64,000 bases of DNA from Fibrobacteria bacterium (GCA_021155885.1 JAJNBB010000004.1:5725-69724), one strand, 5' to 3'. Positions 45,144 to 54,204 are shown, counted from the first letter of the stretch. Made by a program: numbers and translations. The notes: a model not told the origin generated them from the letters alone.

Positions 45144-45616
45144 GACAGCTTGTCCCCGGGCAGCTTTTCCCAAAGGGCGGCCAGCTCGATGACAGCTAAG
45201 GCCGCTTCCCAGCCCTTGTTCCCCATCTTGGAGCCCGCGCGCTCGAGCGCCTGCTCGAGGGTTTCGGTGGTCAGCACGCCGAAGGTCACGGGAACCGTGC
45301 CGTCGGCGGCCTCGGCGAAGCCGCTCGTGGCCACGCTGACGACCTGCTCGAAGTGCGGCGTGCCGCCGCGGATCACGCAGCCCAGGGCGATCACGCCGTG
45401 GAATTTCCCCGAGGCGGCGAAGCGCTTCAGCACCTGGGGAATCTCCCCGGCACCCGGCACCCACGCGATGGTGATGTCCTTGTCGTTCACCCCGTGGCGC
45501 ACGAGGCAGTCCACCGCCCCCTTGAGGAGCTCCTGGGTCACGAGCGTGTTGAAGCGGGAAACGACGATGCCGAAGGACTTGCCTTGAGCGTTCAGATTTC
45601 CCTCGATGATGTTCAT
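45140..45616 (-). CDS. ribH: 6,7-dimethyl-8-ribityllumazine synthase
   Basis: FGIVVSRFNTLVTQELLKGA, AWVPGAGEIP, ALGCVIRGGTPHFE and GVLTTETLEQALERAG are present. Confidence 0.95.
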   Translation of the reverse strand: MNIIEGNLNAQGKSFGIVVSRFNTLVTQELLKGAVDCLVRHGVNDKDITIAWVPGAGEIPQVLKRFAASGKFHGVIALGCVIRGGTPHFEQVVSVATSGFAEAADGTVPVTFGVLTTETLEQALERAGSKMGNKGWEAALAVIELAALWEKLPGDKLS

Positions 45617-46800
45617 ACTTTCTCTTTCCCCGTGGCTTTCCCCCGGGCCTTCTTGGGACGGACGGCGCCGGCGCCGGGAAACGGCATCTGGCGCACGATG
45701 CGCAACCCGTAGCCTTCGAGGCCCTGGATCCGCTTGGGATGGTTGGTCAACAGGTTCAGGCGCCGGATCCCGAGTTCGAACAGGATCTGCGCGCCGATGC
45801 CGTAGGTTCGCGCGTCCATGGAAGCGCTTTCGGCCTGGCGCGGCTTCGACCGGACCCGCCGCGCGTCCTCGGCGGCGTACTTTTCCAGCGTCCGGCCCAA
45901 AACCTCCTCGGAGTGAATCTGGCGCATATATAGGAACACGCCGCCTTCCCGGGCAATGATGCGCAGGCCCTGCTGGAGCAGATCCCCCGCATTCCCCCGT
46001 TTCGCGCCGAAAACGTCGCCCAGCAGGAACTCCGAGTGCACGCGCACGGGGACGATCCGCGAGGACGAGACGTCCCCGCGCACGAGCGCCAGGTGGAGCT
46101 TTCCGTGGATCAGGTCCTCGAAGGCGTGCACGGTGAAATCGCCGTGGATCGTGGGCAGGTTGAAGACGCCCGCCGCCCGCACCTGCTTTTCGCGCGTGTG
46201 ACGGTGGTGGATGAGGTCGGCCACCGAAATGATCTTGAGGCCGTGGCGCTTCGCGAACGCGCGGCAGTCGGGCAGCCGGGCCATCGACCCGTCCTCGTTC
46301 ATGATCTCGCAGATCACCCCGGCGCAGCCGAGGCCCGCCATCTGCACCAGGTCCACCGCGGCCTCGGTGTGGCCCGCCCGCACCAGCACGCCGCCTTGGC
46401 GCGCGCGGATCGGGAAGGTGTGCCCCGGGCTGATGAACGCGCCCGGCCCGGCGCTTTCGTCCGCCAGCAGCTTCGCGGTCAGGCTGCGGTCGGCGGCGGA
46501 GATGCCGGTGGTGGTTCCCTCGCGCGCCTCGACCGAAATCGTGAACGCCGTCTCGTGGCGCGAGCCGTTCTGCTCGGTCATCGGCCGCAGGCGCAGCTTT
46601 TCCGTGCGCTCGGCCGACAGCGCCACGCAGATCAGGCCGCGCGCGTGCTTCGCCAGGAAGTTGATCTTCGCGGGCGTCGATTTCGACGCGGCGAACACCA
46701 CGTCTCCCTCGTTCTCGCGGTTCTTGTCGTCGACCACGACGATCGGGCGGCCCTTCTTCAGTTCCGCGATCGCTTCGGGGATGGTGTTGAAATCCGTCAT
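45613..46800 (-). CDS. ribBA: bifunctional 3,4-dihydroxy-2-butanone-4-phosphate synthase / GTP cyclohydrolase II
   Basis: The N-terminal half has IVVVDDKNRENEGDVVFAA. The cyclohydrolase half contains VRVHSEFLLGDVFG and NLLTNHPKRIQGLEGYGL. I trimmed the start to MTDFNTI at 46800 (ATGA overlap with ribE). Confidence 0.95.
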   Translation of the reverse strand: MTDFNTIPEAIAELKKGRPIVVVDDKNRENEGDVVFAASKSTPAKINFLAKHARGLICVALSAERTEKLRLRPMTEQNGSRHETAFTISVEAREGTTTGISAADRSLTAKLLADESAGPGAFISPGHTFPIRARQGGVLVRAGHTEAAVDLVQMAGLGCAGVICEIMNEDGSMARLPDCRAFAKRHGLKIISVADLIHHRHTREKQVRAAGVFNLPTIHGDFTVHAFEDLIHGKLHLALVRGDVSSSRIVPVRVHSEFLLGDVFGAKRGNAGDLLQQGLRIIAREGGVFLYMRQIHSEEVLGRTLEKYAAEDARRVRSKPRQAESASMDARTYGIGAQILFELGIRRLNLLTNHPKRIQGLEGYGLRIVRQMPFPGAGAVRPKKARGKATGKEKV

Positions 46801-47414
46801 GCCGGGGCCTTTTGCGCGGCCGCCCTTAGCGACAACTGGCGTTCGATATGCTTCGCCAGGATGTCCACCTCGAAATTCAGGCGCCCGCCCGGAACCGCCA
46901 GGCCGAGCGTGGTGGCCTGCAGGGTATGCGGGATCAGCGCGACGCGCACCGCGTCGCCTTCGACCGCGGCGATCGTGAGGCTCACGCCCGCGAGCGTGAT
47001 CGAGCCCTTGTAGACGCAGTAGGGAAGGAACTCCTCCGGCAGGCGCACCGTCAGCTCGCGGCCGCCGTCGCCGAGATCGTTCACGGCGGTTACCTCGCCC
47101 ACGCCGTCGACATGGCCCAGCACGAAGTGCCCACCCAGGGGAGCGGCGGCCGTCAGCGCCGTTTCGAGATTGACCCGGCCGCCCACGGTCCACGAAGAAA
47201 GCGTGGTCTTCGCCAAGGTTTCGGGGATGGCGCAGGCGGTAAAGCCGCCCTCGATCAAGGTCTCGACCGTGAGGCAGGCGCCGTCGCAGGCGACGCTGTC
47301 GCCGACGGAGAGCCGGGACGCAACGGAAGGCGCGGCGATGGAAAAGCGCACGGCCTCGCCGGCGTTCGAACGCGCGACGATTTTCCCCATTTCCTGCACG
47401 ATTCCCGTAAACAT
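46797..47414 (-). CDS. ribE: riboflavin synthase
   Basis: It starts MFTGIVQEMGKI and has duplicated lumazine-binding repeats (GDSVACDGACLTV and GSITLAGVSLTI). Confidence 0.93.
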   Translation of the reverse strand: MFTGIVQEMGKIVARSNAGEAVRFSIAAPSVASRLSVGDSVACDGACLTVETLIEGGFTACAIPETLAKTTLSSWTVGGRVNLETALTAAAPLGGHFVLGHVDGVGEVTAVNDLGDGGRELTVRLPEEFLPYCVYKGSITLAGVSLTIAAVEGDAVRVALIPHTLQATTLGLAVPGGRLNFEVDILAKHIERQLSLRAAAQKAPA

Positions 47415-47480
47415 CCGGTCCTTTGAAAGGGTCCTCGGCGATCCTCCAGCGCGCGGGCTAGTCGTTGACTAGCGCGCTGG

Positions 47481-48593
47481 CTAAAGGTGACGCCGAAACT
47501 CGGCCAGAATGTCTGAACCGAGCGGCGTAAATCTATGAAATTCAAGGGGTTTAACCCATCCGGGGCGCAGCCCCGCATCCCACCTTTCGCCGCCCGGATG
47601 CAGCGCCGGCGCCGTGATCAAATCGAGTTCGTCACATAAGCCCGCGTTCAAAAAGGGCGACCACGCCGCGCGCCCCCCCTCCACCAGAACTTCGTGGTAG
47701 CCGCGACTGGTAAAAATGTCGATGAGTTCTCGGGCCAAAGGCCACTTTTCGGGTAGTTGAATTATGCTCAGTTTTTCAGGTTTTTCGGGCAATTTGGCGG
47801 AAATTTTGGCTGTTTTTGTGAACTTTTTGCCTGAAATTACCCAAGTCCCCGATTTTCGTCCCGCCGTGAAAATATGGTATTTATTTGATGGTTTCATCTT
47901 GCGCGACAAAACCAGGATCTCGGGGTGAGGCGCGCCCGGGATCTCCCGGGGGGTCAGGTCCGGGTCGTCGACGCGCACGGTTTCTCCTCCCACCAGGATC
48001 GCGTCGGCGCGGGCGCGCAGGGAATGCGCGAAGCGCCTTGCCTCAGGGCCGGTCAGCGCGGTTTCGACGCCGCGCCGGGCATTGATGCGGCCGTCGAGGC
48101 TTTGCGCGATCTTGACGACGATGCGCGGCCGGCCGTGCCGCACCCAGAAAAAAAATCCCGCGTAAAGGGCCTCGGCGCGGTCGCCCAGCAGGCCGGTCTC
48201 GACGGAAATCCCGGCGCGGCGGAGCTGCGCGAGCCCAGCCCCGGCAACGAGGGGATTAGGGTCGGAACACGCGGCTATGACGCGCGCCACCCCCGCCTCG
48301 ATCAAGGCCCGCGAGCACGGCGGGGTGCGCCCGAAATGGCCGCACGGTTCGAGCGTGACGTACAACGTCGCGCCCGCGGCGGCGGCGCCCGCCTGTTCGA
48401 GGGCGACGATTTCGGCGTGCGCCTCCCCCGCCGGACGAGTCCCGCCGCGGCCCACCACCTTTCCGCTCTTCACCAGAACCGCGCCCACGGGGGGATTCGG
48501 AAGGGTTTTACCCTTCACGGCCATGGCCTCGGCGAAGGCCATCTCCATGAAGGCGAGGTCGCGGGGCGTGAATTTGTAGTTTTCGGCTTTCAT
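47481..48593 (-). CDS. ribD: bifunctional diaminohydroxyphosphoribosylaminopyrimidine deaminase / 5-amino-6-(5-phosphoribosylamino)uracil reductase
   Basis: The deaminase motifs HAEIVAL and LEPCGHFGRTPPC are followed by the reductase domain (KIAQSLDGRI, VLVEGG). It contains a low-GC patch (see findings). Confidence 0.93.
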   Translation of the reverse strand: MKAENYKFTPRDLAFMEMAFAEAMAVKGKTLPNPPVGAVLVKSGKVVGRGGTRPAGEAHAEIVALEQAGAAAAGATLYVTLEPCGHFGRTPPCSRALIEAGVARVIAACSDPNPLVAGAGLAQLRRAGISVETGLLGDRAEALYAGFFFWVRHGRPRIVVKIAQSLDGRINARRGVETALTGPEARRFAHSLRARADAILVGGETVRVDDPDLTPREIPGAPHPEILVLSRKMKPSNKYHIFTAGRKSGTWVISGKKFTKTAKISAKLPEKPEKLSIIQLPEKWPLARELIDIFTSRGYHEVLVEGGRAAWSPFLNAGLCDELDLITAPALHPGGERWDAGLRPGWVKPLEFHRFTPLGSDILAEFRRHL

Positions 48594-48613
48594 AGTGGGC
48601 GTCAGGTGAAATC

Positions 48614-49441
48614 ATGTCAAACGTAAACAATCATGAACTCCGCCGTTCCTTCCTGGCCAAGGCCCGCAAGGAAGAGCTCATCGACCTGATCCTGGAGCAT
48701 GTTCCCGGGAACATCTACGTGTTCATCAAGGACGCCGAGAGCCGGCTCGTCATGATCAACCGGAATTTCTGGAAAAAATTGGGCATGAAGGACGAGCAGT
48801 CGGTAATCGGGCTGACCGACTTCAGCCTCTTTCCCAGCAGCCAGGCGGAGGCCTACCGCCAGGACGACAACCGCGTGATCGCCTCGGGAGAGGCCATGGT
48901 TGAAAAGCTCGAGGTCATGTCGACCTCGGGCGGACTGGTCGACTGGTACCGCACCACGAAAATCCCCCTCCGCGACGACGCGGGCTCCGTGATCGGCCTG
49001 ATCGGCATCACGCACGATCTGCGCAGCGCGAACTCCGACCTGCAGCCCTACCGCGCGCTCGAGCCGGTGGTGCGGCACATCATGAGCAACTACGGCAAGG
49101 AAATCGAGCCCTCGGAGCTCGCCGCCCTCGCGGGAATGCCGCTGCAGCGGTTCACGCGCCGCTTCAAGCAGGAATTCCAGGTCACGCCGGCGCGCTATCT
49201 GGCCGCCGTGCGGCTGAACGCCGCGTGCCGCCTCCTCACCGGGTCGGACAAGTCCATCCTGACCGTGTCGCAAGAGGCTGGGTTCCACGACCACAGCTTT
49301 TTCACCAAGCAGTTCGTGAAGCAAAAGGGCATGACACCCAAGGAATACCGGCGCGCCTTCCGCGACGTACCGGACACCGGTCTTGGTAATCTGGTGGCAC
49401 GCAAATCCGGGCGCGATCTCCCTGATCCGAAGCCCCGCTGA
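48614..49441 (+). CDS. PAS-domain / AraC-family (HTH_18) transcriptional regulator, paralog 1
   Basis: The N-terminus is PAS-like (NIYVFIKDAESRLVMINRNFWKKLG...DWYRTTKIPLRDDAGSVIGLIGITHDL). The C-terminus is AraC HTH (LAALAGMPLQRFTRRFKQEFQVTPARYL...GFHDHSFFTKQFVKQKGMTPKEYR). Confidence 0.8.
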   Translation: MSNVNNHELRRSFLAKARKEELIDLILEHVPGNIYVFIKDAESRLVMINRNFWKKLGMKDEQSVIGLTDFSLFPSSQAEAYRQDDNRVIASGEAMVEKLEVMSTSGGLVDWYRTTKIPLRDDAGSVIGLIGITHDLRSANSDLQPYRALEPVVRHIMSNYGKEIEPSELAALAGMPLQRFTRRFKQEFQVTPARYLAAVRLNAACRLLTGSDKSILTVSQEAGFHDHSFFTKQFVKQKGMTPKEYRRAFRDVPDTGLGNLVARKSGRDLPDPKPR

Positions 49442-49472
49442 ACCTTACTGGTAAACGGCGATCAAACGCCCC

Positions 49473-49542
49473 CTGAAAAGTCTGGTATTTTTAAGGCGTT
49501 TTTTGTTAGCTCAGAACCAGCGGGTCTGAAAAATCTGGTATT
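49473..49542. promoter_or_regulatory. two 17-nt direct repeats CTGAAAAGTCTGGTATT / CTGAAAAATCTGGTATT, 53 nt apart
   Basis: The repeats are at 49473-49489 and 49526-49542 with one mismatch. They lie in the AT-rich 235-nt gap upstream of the second PAS-AraC gene. Direct repeats are the usual AraC-family operator geometry. Confidence 0.4.
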
Positions 49543-49676
49543 CTGTACTTCTGCTTTATCATATTATCCGAAAAAAACCAATAATTACGCCATAATATGG
49601 TGGTAGTGCGCTAAATTCATCCTGTCAGCCATTGCTGCTTTTTGTGCTATTTCAACATTTTGTTGAGGCAACGCCT

Positions 49677-50507
49677 ATGTCAAACTTACCCAACCTTGAA
49701 ATGCGCCGCGAATTCCTCAATGGATTGCGCGAGAACGAACTGGTAGAGAAACTTCTCGAGTACCTGCCCGACAACATTTACTTCTTCGTCAAGAACCCGC
49801 AGTACCACTTCATGATGGCCAACCGCAACTTCGCGGAGTCGATCGGGCTGACCGAAGAAACGCAAATCATCGGCAAGACGGACTACGACTTCTTCTGGGC
49901 GCTGCAGGCGGAAAGTTACCGCAACGACGACGCCGCGGTGATGCGTTCGGGCCTCCCGCAGATCAACAAGCTCGAGATCATCCCCACCGCCGACGGGCTG
50001 ATGGACTGGTACCGCACGACGAAAATCCCCATCCACGGAAAGGACGGGAAAATCGCGGGCCTGATGGGCATCACGCACGACCTGCGCAGCGCCCATTCGG
50101 CGCTGCAGCCCTACCGCACCATGGAGCCGGTGATCCGGCACATCATGACCCATTACGCCAGCCCGCTCAACTCCGCGGATCTTGCGGCGGTCGCGGGCAT
50201 GAGCATGCCGCGCTTCACCCGCCGGTTCAAGCGCGAGTTCCAGACCACCCCGAGCCGCTACCTGGCCATGGTGCGCCTCAACGCCACCTGCCGTTTGCTG
50301 GCCACCACGCGCAAGTCCATTTCGGACATCGCCGTCGAGGCCGGCTTCTACGACCACAGCTTCTTCACCAAGCAGTTCGTGAAGTACAAGGGAATGACGC
50401 CCCGCGAGTTCCGCACGCGCTTCCGCGAAACCCCCGACCCGAAGCGGTTCTTCCCGCTGGGGGTGATGGAAAACCCGAACCCCCCCGAACTCGAACCGGG
50501 ACGATAA
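49677..50507 (+). CDS. PAS-domain / AraC-family transcriptional regulator, paralog 2
   Basis: It is colinear with 48614..49441 over its whole length, and both begin MSN. I trimmed the start from 49632. Confidence 0.8.
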   Translation: MSNLPNLEMRREFLNGLRENELVEKLLEYLPDNIYFFVKNPQYHFMMANRNFAESIGLTEETQIIGKTDYDFFWALQAESYRNDDAAVMRSGLPQINKLEIIPTADGLMDWYRTTKIPIHGKDGKIAGLMGITHDLRSAHSALQPYRTMEPVIRHIMTHYASPLNSADLAAVAGMSMPRFTRRFKREFQTTPSRYLAMVRLNATCRLLATTRKSISDIAVEAGFYDHSFFTKQFVKYKGMTPREFRTRFRETPDPKRFFPLGVMENPNPPELEPGR

Positions 50508-50553
50508 CGCGAACGCGGAACGCGATTAGCCACAAAGAACGCAAAGAGCAAAC

Positions 50554-50587
50554 AAAAAGGGACTCGGTTATCACCGAGTCCCTTTTT
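50554..50587. terminator. bidirectional rho-independent terminator
   Basis: The stem is gggactcgg/ccgagtccc (50559-50582). It has an A5 run upstream and a T5 run downstream. It sits between the convergent AraC paralog 2 and secDF. Confidence 0.8.
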
Positions 50588-50714
50588 GTTTGGAAAGCTA
50601 AAGCCTCACGTTAGTTCGCCGGAGCGAGACCAAGCGGGAGCAGGCGCTTCGACGCAGGCGTACCGGGAGGACGCCGAGGAGAAGCAACGAACTCCCGCGC
50701 CGGTCGCAGCCCGG

Positions 50715-53360
50715 CTACACTTTCGGCGCTCTAATCCTGCGGTTGTTCCACCAGACCACAAAGGGGCAAGCAAGGGCGATGGTCGAGTAGGTGCCCGCGA
50801 TCGACCCGATCAGAAGCGCGATGTTCATGTCGCGGATCGACGAGCCGCCGAAGGCCACCAGCACCACGATCGCCAGGGTCACCAGGAAGGCGATCACGAT
50901 CGTGCGGCTGAAGCTCTCGTTGTTGGCCTGGTCCACGCGGGCGGCGAAGCTCGCCTTGCTCGCGTTGTCCCCGGTGATTTCGCGCACGCGGTCGAAGATA
51001 ACGATAGTGTCGTTGACCGAATACCCGATGATCGTCAGGATCGCGGCCACGAAGGCGAGATTCAGCTCCCATCCCATGATGGTGAACACGCCCAAGGTGA
51101 TGAAGGCGTCGTGCGCCAGGGCGATCACGGCGGCGAGGCCGAAGCCCAGGCCGTTCACGCCGAAGCGGAACCAGATGTAAAGCACCACCAGGACGAGGGC
51201 AAGAATGACGGAGATGACGGCGGACTTCTTGAGGTCCTTGCCGATCGTGGGGCCCACGGTCTCTTCGCCCACGATCTCGGCGCCGGCGCCCAAGGCCCCC
51301 CCGACCGTGGCGCGGAGGAGCGAGTCGTTCTCCGAGGTGGCGGTGTAGATCAGGACTTCCTTGCCGGCCGAGCCGCCGATGCTCTGGACCTTGGGGTCGA
51401 GGCCCTTGGTCTCCAGCTCGGCGCGCACCTTGTTGACGTCGAGCACCGAGGCGGACTTCACCTGAAAGACGTGGCCGCCGGCGAAGTCGACGCCGAGGGT
51501 CGGGCCCTTGAAGATGAGGGCGCCGGCGCTGATCAGGATCGCGGCGATGGAAATGCCGGCGTAGATCCTCGCCTTCGGGATGACCTGCATGTTGACGTTC
51601 TTGAGGAAGCCCCAGGTCTCGCCGATGGCGATCGTCTTGCGCTCGGGGTTCTTCAGCATGAAGTCGAACAGGAGCCGGGTGACGAACACGGCGGTGAACA
51701 TCGAGGCGCCCACGCCGATGAGCAGCGTGAGGCCGAAGCCCTTGATGGAGCCCACGCCCACGTAATACAGGATGGCGGCGGTGCCGAGCACGGTGATGTT
51801 CGAGTCGAGGATGGCGCGGAAGGCCTTCTGGTAGCCCGCGTCGATGGAGGCGCGCAGGGAGCGGCCCGCCGCGAGCTCCTCGCGGATGCGCTCCATGATC
51901 AGGATGTTGGCGTCGACGGCCATGCCCAGCGTGAGCGCGAGGCCGGCGATGCCGGGCAGCGTGAGCGTCGCGTGGAAGGCGCCGAGAATGCCGATGGTCA
52001 TGATCATGTTGACCGTGAGGGCGATGCACGAGATGACGCCCGCGGTGCGGTAGTAGAAGGCGATGAACGCGAGGATGAGGATGAGGCTGATCACCGCGGC
52101 GATGACGCCCTTGCGGATGTTCTCCTCGCCGAGGGTGGGCCCGACGGAGCGGAGCTCCACGATGTTCATGGGCACGGGCAGGGCGCCCGCGCGCAGCACG
52201 ACCGCGAGTTGCTTGGCCTCGGTGACGTCGCCGACGCCGGTGATGGAGGCGCGGCCGTTGGGAATGCGGCCCTGGATCACGGGAGCGGAATAGACCACCG
52301 AGTCCAGCACGATCGCGAGCTGCTTGCCCACGTTGGCGCCGGTGATGCGGGCGAATTCCTTGGGTCCCAGGTCCTTGAAGGTCAGGCCCACCTCGAGCTC
52401 GCCCGAGTTGAGGCCGCCCTGGGCGTGCTGGAAGTTCGCGTCGGCGATGGTCGCGCCGGTCATTTCGGCGCGGCGCTTCAGCATGTACAGGCGGCGCACC
52501 TTCTGGCCGCCCTGGAGAGCTTCCTCCTCGCGGGCCCAGAGGAACTGGTAGCGCGCGGGCACGATTTGCTGGACTTCCTTGTCGCCCAGGAGGCGGCGCA
52601 TCTTCTCGACGTTCTCGGAGGCGACGCCGATGTCGCGGCCCACCTGCAGGAGCAGGGAGGTGAAGGGACGGTTGTCGGGATCGAAGCCGGCGACGGCGGA
52701 ATCCGAGGGAGAGGCGGAGTCGGCGGAGGCCGTGGCCGTGGTGTCGGTGACGGAGATCGCGGCGGCCTTGTCGTCACCCACGACGCGGCCGAAAACGTTC
52801 TCGGTTTCGGAGCGGGGCCGCGACGAGGCGCCGGCGGCCTGCCCGGGCGTCTGTCCCTTGGAGCGCGCGGCCAGGAAGGCGTCGAGGCGGTCGAGCACGG
52901 GCTTGAATTCCTGCGCGTCGGGGACGAGCTTGAACTCGAGCAGCGCGGTCGCGCCGATCAGGCGGCGGGCGTCCTCGGCGCCCATGCCGGCCAGGTCGGC
53001 GATGATGCGGCTGTCGCCCGACTTGGTGATGATGGGTTCGCTGAGGCCGTATTGGTCGACGCGGTTGCGGATGATTTCCAGCGAGCGGTCGAGCACGTCG
53101 TGCCCGGAGGATTCGTCCAGCTTCGAGCGGTCGATTTCGACGATGATGTGCGTGCCGCCCGCGAGGTCGAGGCCCAGGTTGAGCGCCTTGGCGGCGATCT
53201 TGGGATGATCCTTCTTATAGATCTCCCGCTCGCGCTGGTCGAGGGGGATGTTATGGTCGTTGTTTTTCGAGAAAACAAGGAACGTGGGCCACAAACTGAT
53301 GGCGCACAACACAAGAATCGCGATCAAGACGATCGACCGCAGGCGGGTTTCCCTTTTCAT
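50715..53360 (-). CDS. secDF: protein translocase subunit SecDF (fused)
   Basis: 881 aa. The SecD part has LGLDLAGGTHIIVEID and the TM bundle. The SecF part has DFAGGHVFQV and the second TM bundle. Confidence 0.95.
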   Translation of the reverse strand: MKRETRLRSIVLIAILVLCAISLWPTFLVFSKNNDHNIPLDQREREIYKKDHPKIAAKALNLGLDLAGGTHIIVEIDRSKLDESSGHDVLDRSLEIIRNRVDQYGLSEPIITKSGDSRIIADLAGMGAEDARRLIGATALLEFKLVPDAQEFKPVLDRLDAFLAARSKGQTPGQAAGASSRPRSETENVFGRVVGDDKAAAISVTDTTATASADSASPSDSAVAGFDPDNRPFTSLLLQVGRDIGVASENVEKMRRLLGDKEVQQIVPARYQFLWAREEEALQGGQKVRRLYMLKRRAEMTGATIADANFQHAQGGLNSGELEVGLTFKDLGPKEFARITGANVGKQLAIVLDSVVYSAPVIQGRIPNGRASITGVGDVTEAKQLAVVLRAGALPVPMNIVELRSVGPTLGEENIRKGVIAAVISLILILAFIAFYYRTAGVISCIALTVNMIMTIGILGAFHATLTLPGIAGLALTLGMAVDANILIMERIREELAAGRSLRASIDAGYQKAFRAILDSNITVLGTAAILYYVGVGSIKGFGLTLLIGVGASMFTAVFVTRLLFDFMLKNPERKTIAIGETWGFLKNVNMQVIPKARIYAGISIAAILISAGALIFKGPTLGVDFAGGHVFQVKSASVLDVNKVRAELETKGLDPKVQSIGGSAGKEVLIYTATSENDSLLRATVGGALGAGAEIVGEETVGPTIGKDLKKSAVISVILALVLVVLYIWFRFGVNGLGFGLAAVIALAHDAFITLGVFTIMGWELNLAFVAAILTIIGYSVNDTIVIFDRVREITGDNASKASFAARVDQANNESFSRTIVIAFLVTLAIVVLVAFGGSSIRDMNIALLIGSIAGTYSTIALACPFVVWWNNRRIRAPKV

Positions 53361-53514
53361 GAGCTCTTCAGATCCTTCGAGAAAAAATCGTTTGGCCCGC
53401 GTTCCCCGCGCCTAAAAGAAAGCATTGCAAGGAGTTAGGCCTAATTGAAAAAGCCGAGTCAATATAGTTATAGGCCAGGGGTTTGCCAGCGCGGAAGAGG
53501 GGGTGAAACCCCGT

Positions 53515-54204
53515 TTAGTCTTTGCGCGTAGCGTAAAAATCGATCAATTCGCGGAATTCGGGGCGGCCCCGCAGCTTTTCGAGGTCGGGGTCGCGGCCGG
53601 CCCAGTCGAAATCGCAGAAGCCCTTCGCCAGCGCCGCTTCCAGGGAGGCCAGGGCTTTGTCGCTATCCCCGGCGAGGGTGTAGTAGCAGGCAAGGTCGTA
53701 ATGCGCGGGGGCGCATTCGGGATCGAGCAAAACCGCCATGCGGGCCGCGTCGGCGCTGTCCTCGATCCGGCCCGTCAGACGACAGAGGGAAGCCAGCAGG
53801 ATGAACGAGGGGGAAAAGGCCGGGTTGTGCGAAAGGGAAAGGCGGCAATGGGCCTCGGCCTTGTCGAGGCGCTCGAGGCTTTTGTACAAGCCGGCGAGGC
53901 AGTAATGGGTTTCGAAATTATCCGAGCCGGCGGCGACGGCGCGGTTGAGGCAGGCGCAGGACTCCTCGTACAGGCAGGCGTCGGCGTACTCCATGCCGCG
54001 CCGGAACCACCACGCGCCGTCATGCTCCGAAGAAACGCCGCGGGGGAGGGAATCGATGCGGAGCGATGATTCCATCAGGTTCATCGCGGCCGTGATCTTG
54101 CCGGCCTTGAACAGCAGGTCGGACAATTCGTCATAGTAGGAGGCGGGGGGCTGGTCGCGCCACTTTTCGCGCAAAGCCCGGATCTCGGTTCGCAGCGTTT
54201 CCAT
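53515..54204 (-). CDS. TPR repeat protein
   Basis: 229 aa with repeated TPR-like helices (YADACLYEESCACLNRAVAAGSDNFETHYCLAGLYKSLERLDKAEAHCRLSLSHNP...). I trimmed the start from 54396 to METLRTEI. Confidence 0.6.
   Translation of the reverse strand: METLRTEIRALREKWRDQPPASYYDELSDLLFKAGKITAAMNLMESSLRIDSLPRGVSSEHDGAWWFRRGMEYADACLYEESCACLNRAVAAGSDNFETHYCLAGLYKSLERLDKAEAHCRLSLSHNPAFSPSFILLASLCRLTGRIEDSADAARMAVLLDPECAPAHYDLACYYTLAGDSDKALASLEAALAKGFCDFDWAGRDPDLEKLRGRPEFRELIDFYATRKD

Noticed and set aside
48594-48613. Expected FMN riboswitch upstream of the rib operon.
   Set aside because: Only 20 nt separate the ribD start from the divergent PAS-AraC gene. There is no room for an FMN (RFN) element, and I saw no RFN-like conserved core nearby.
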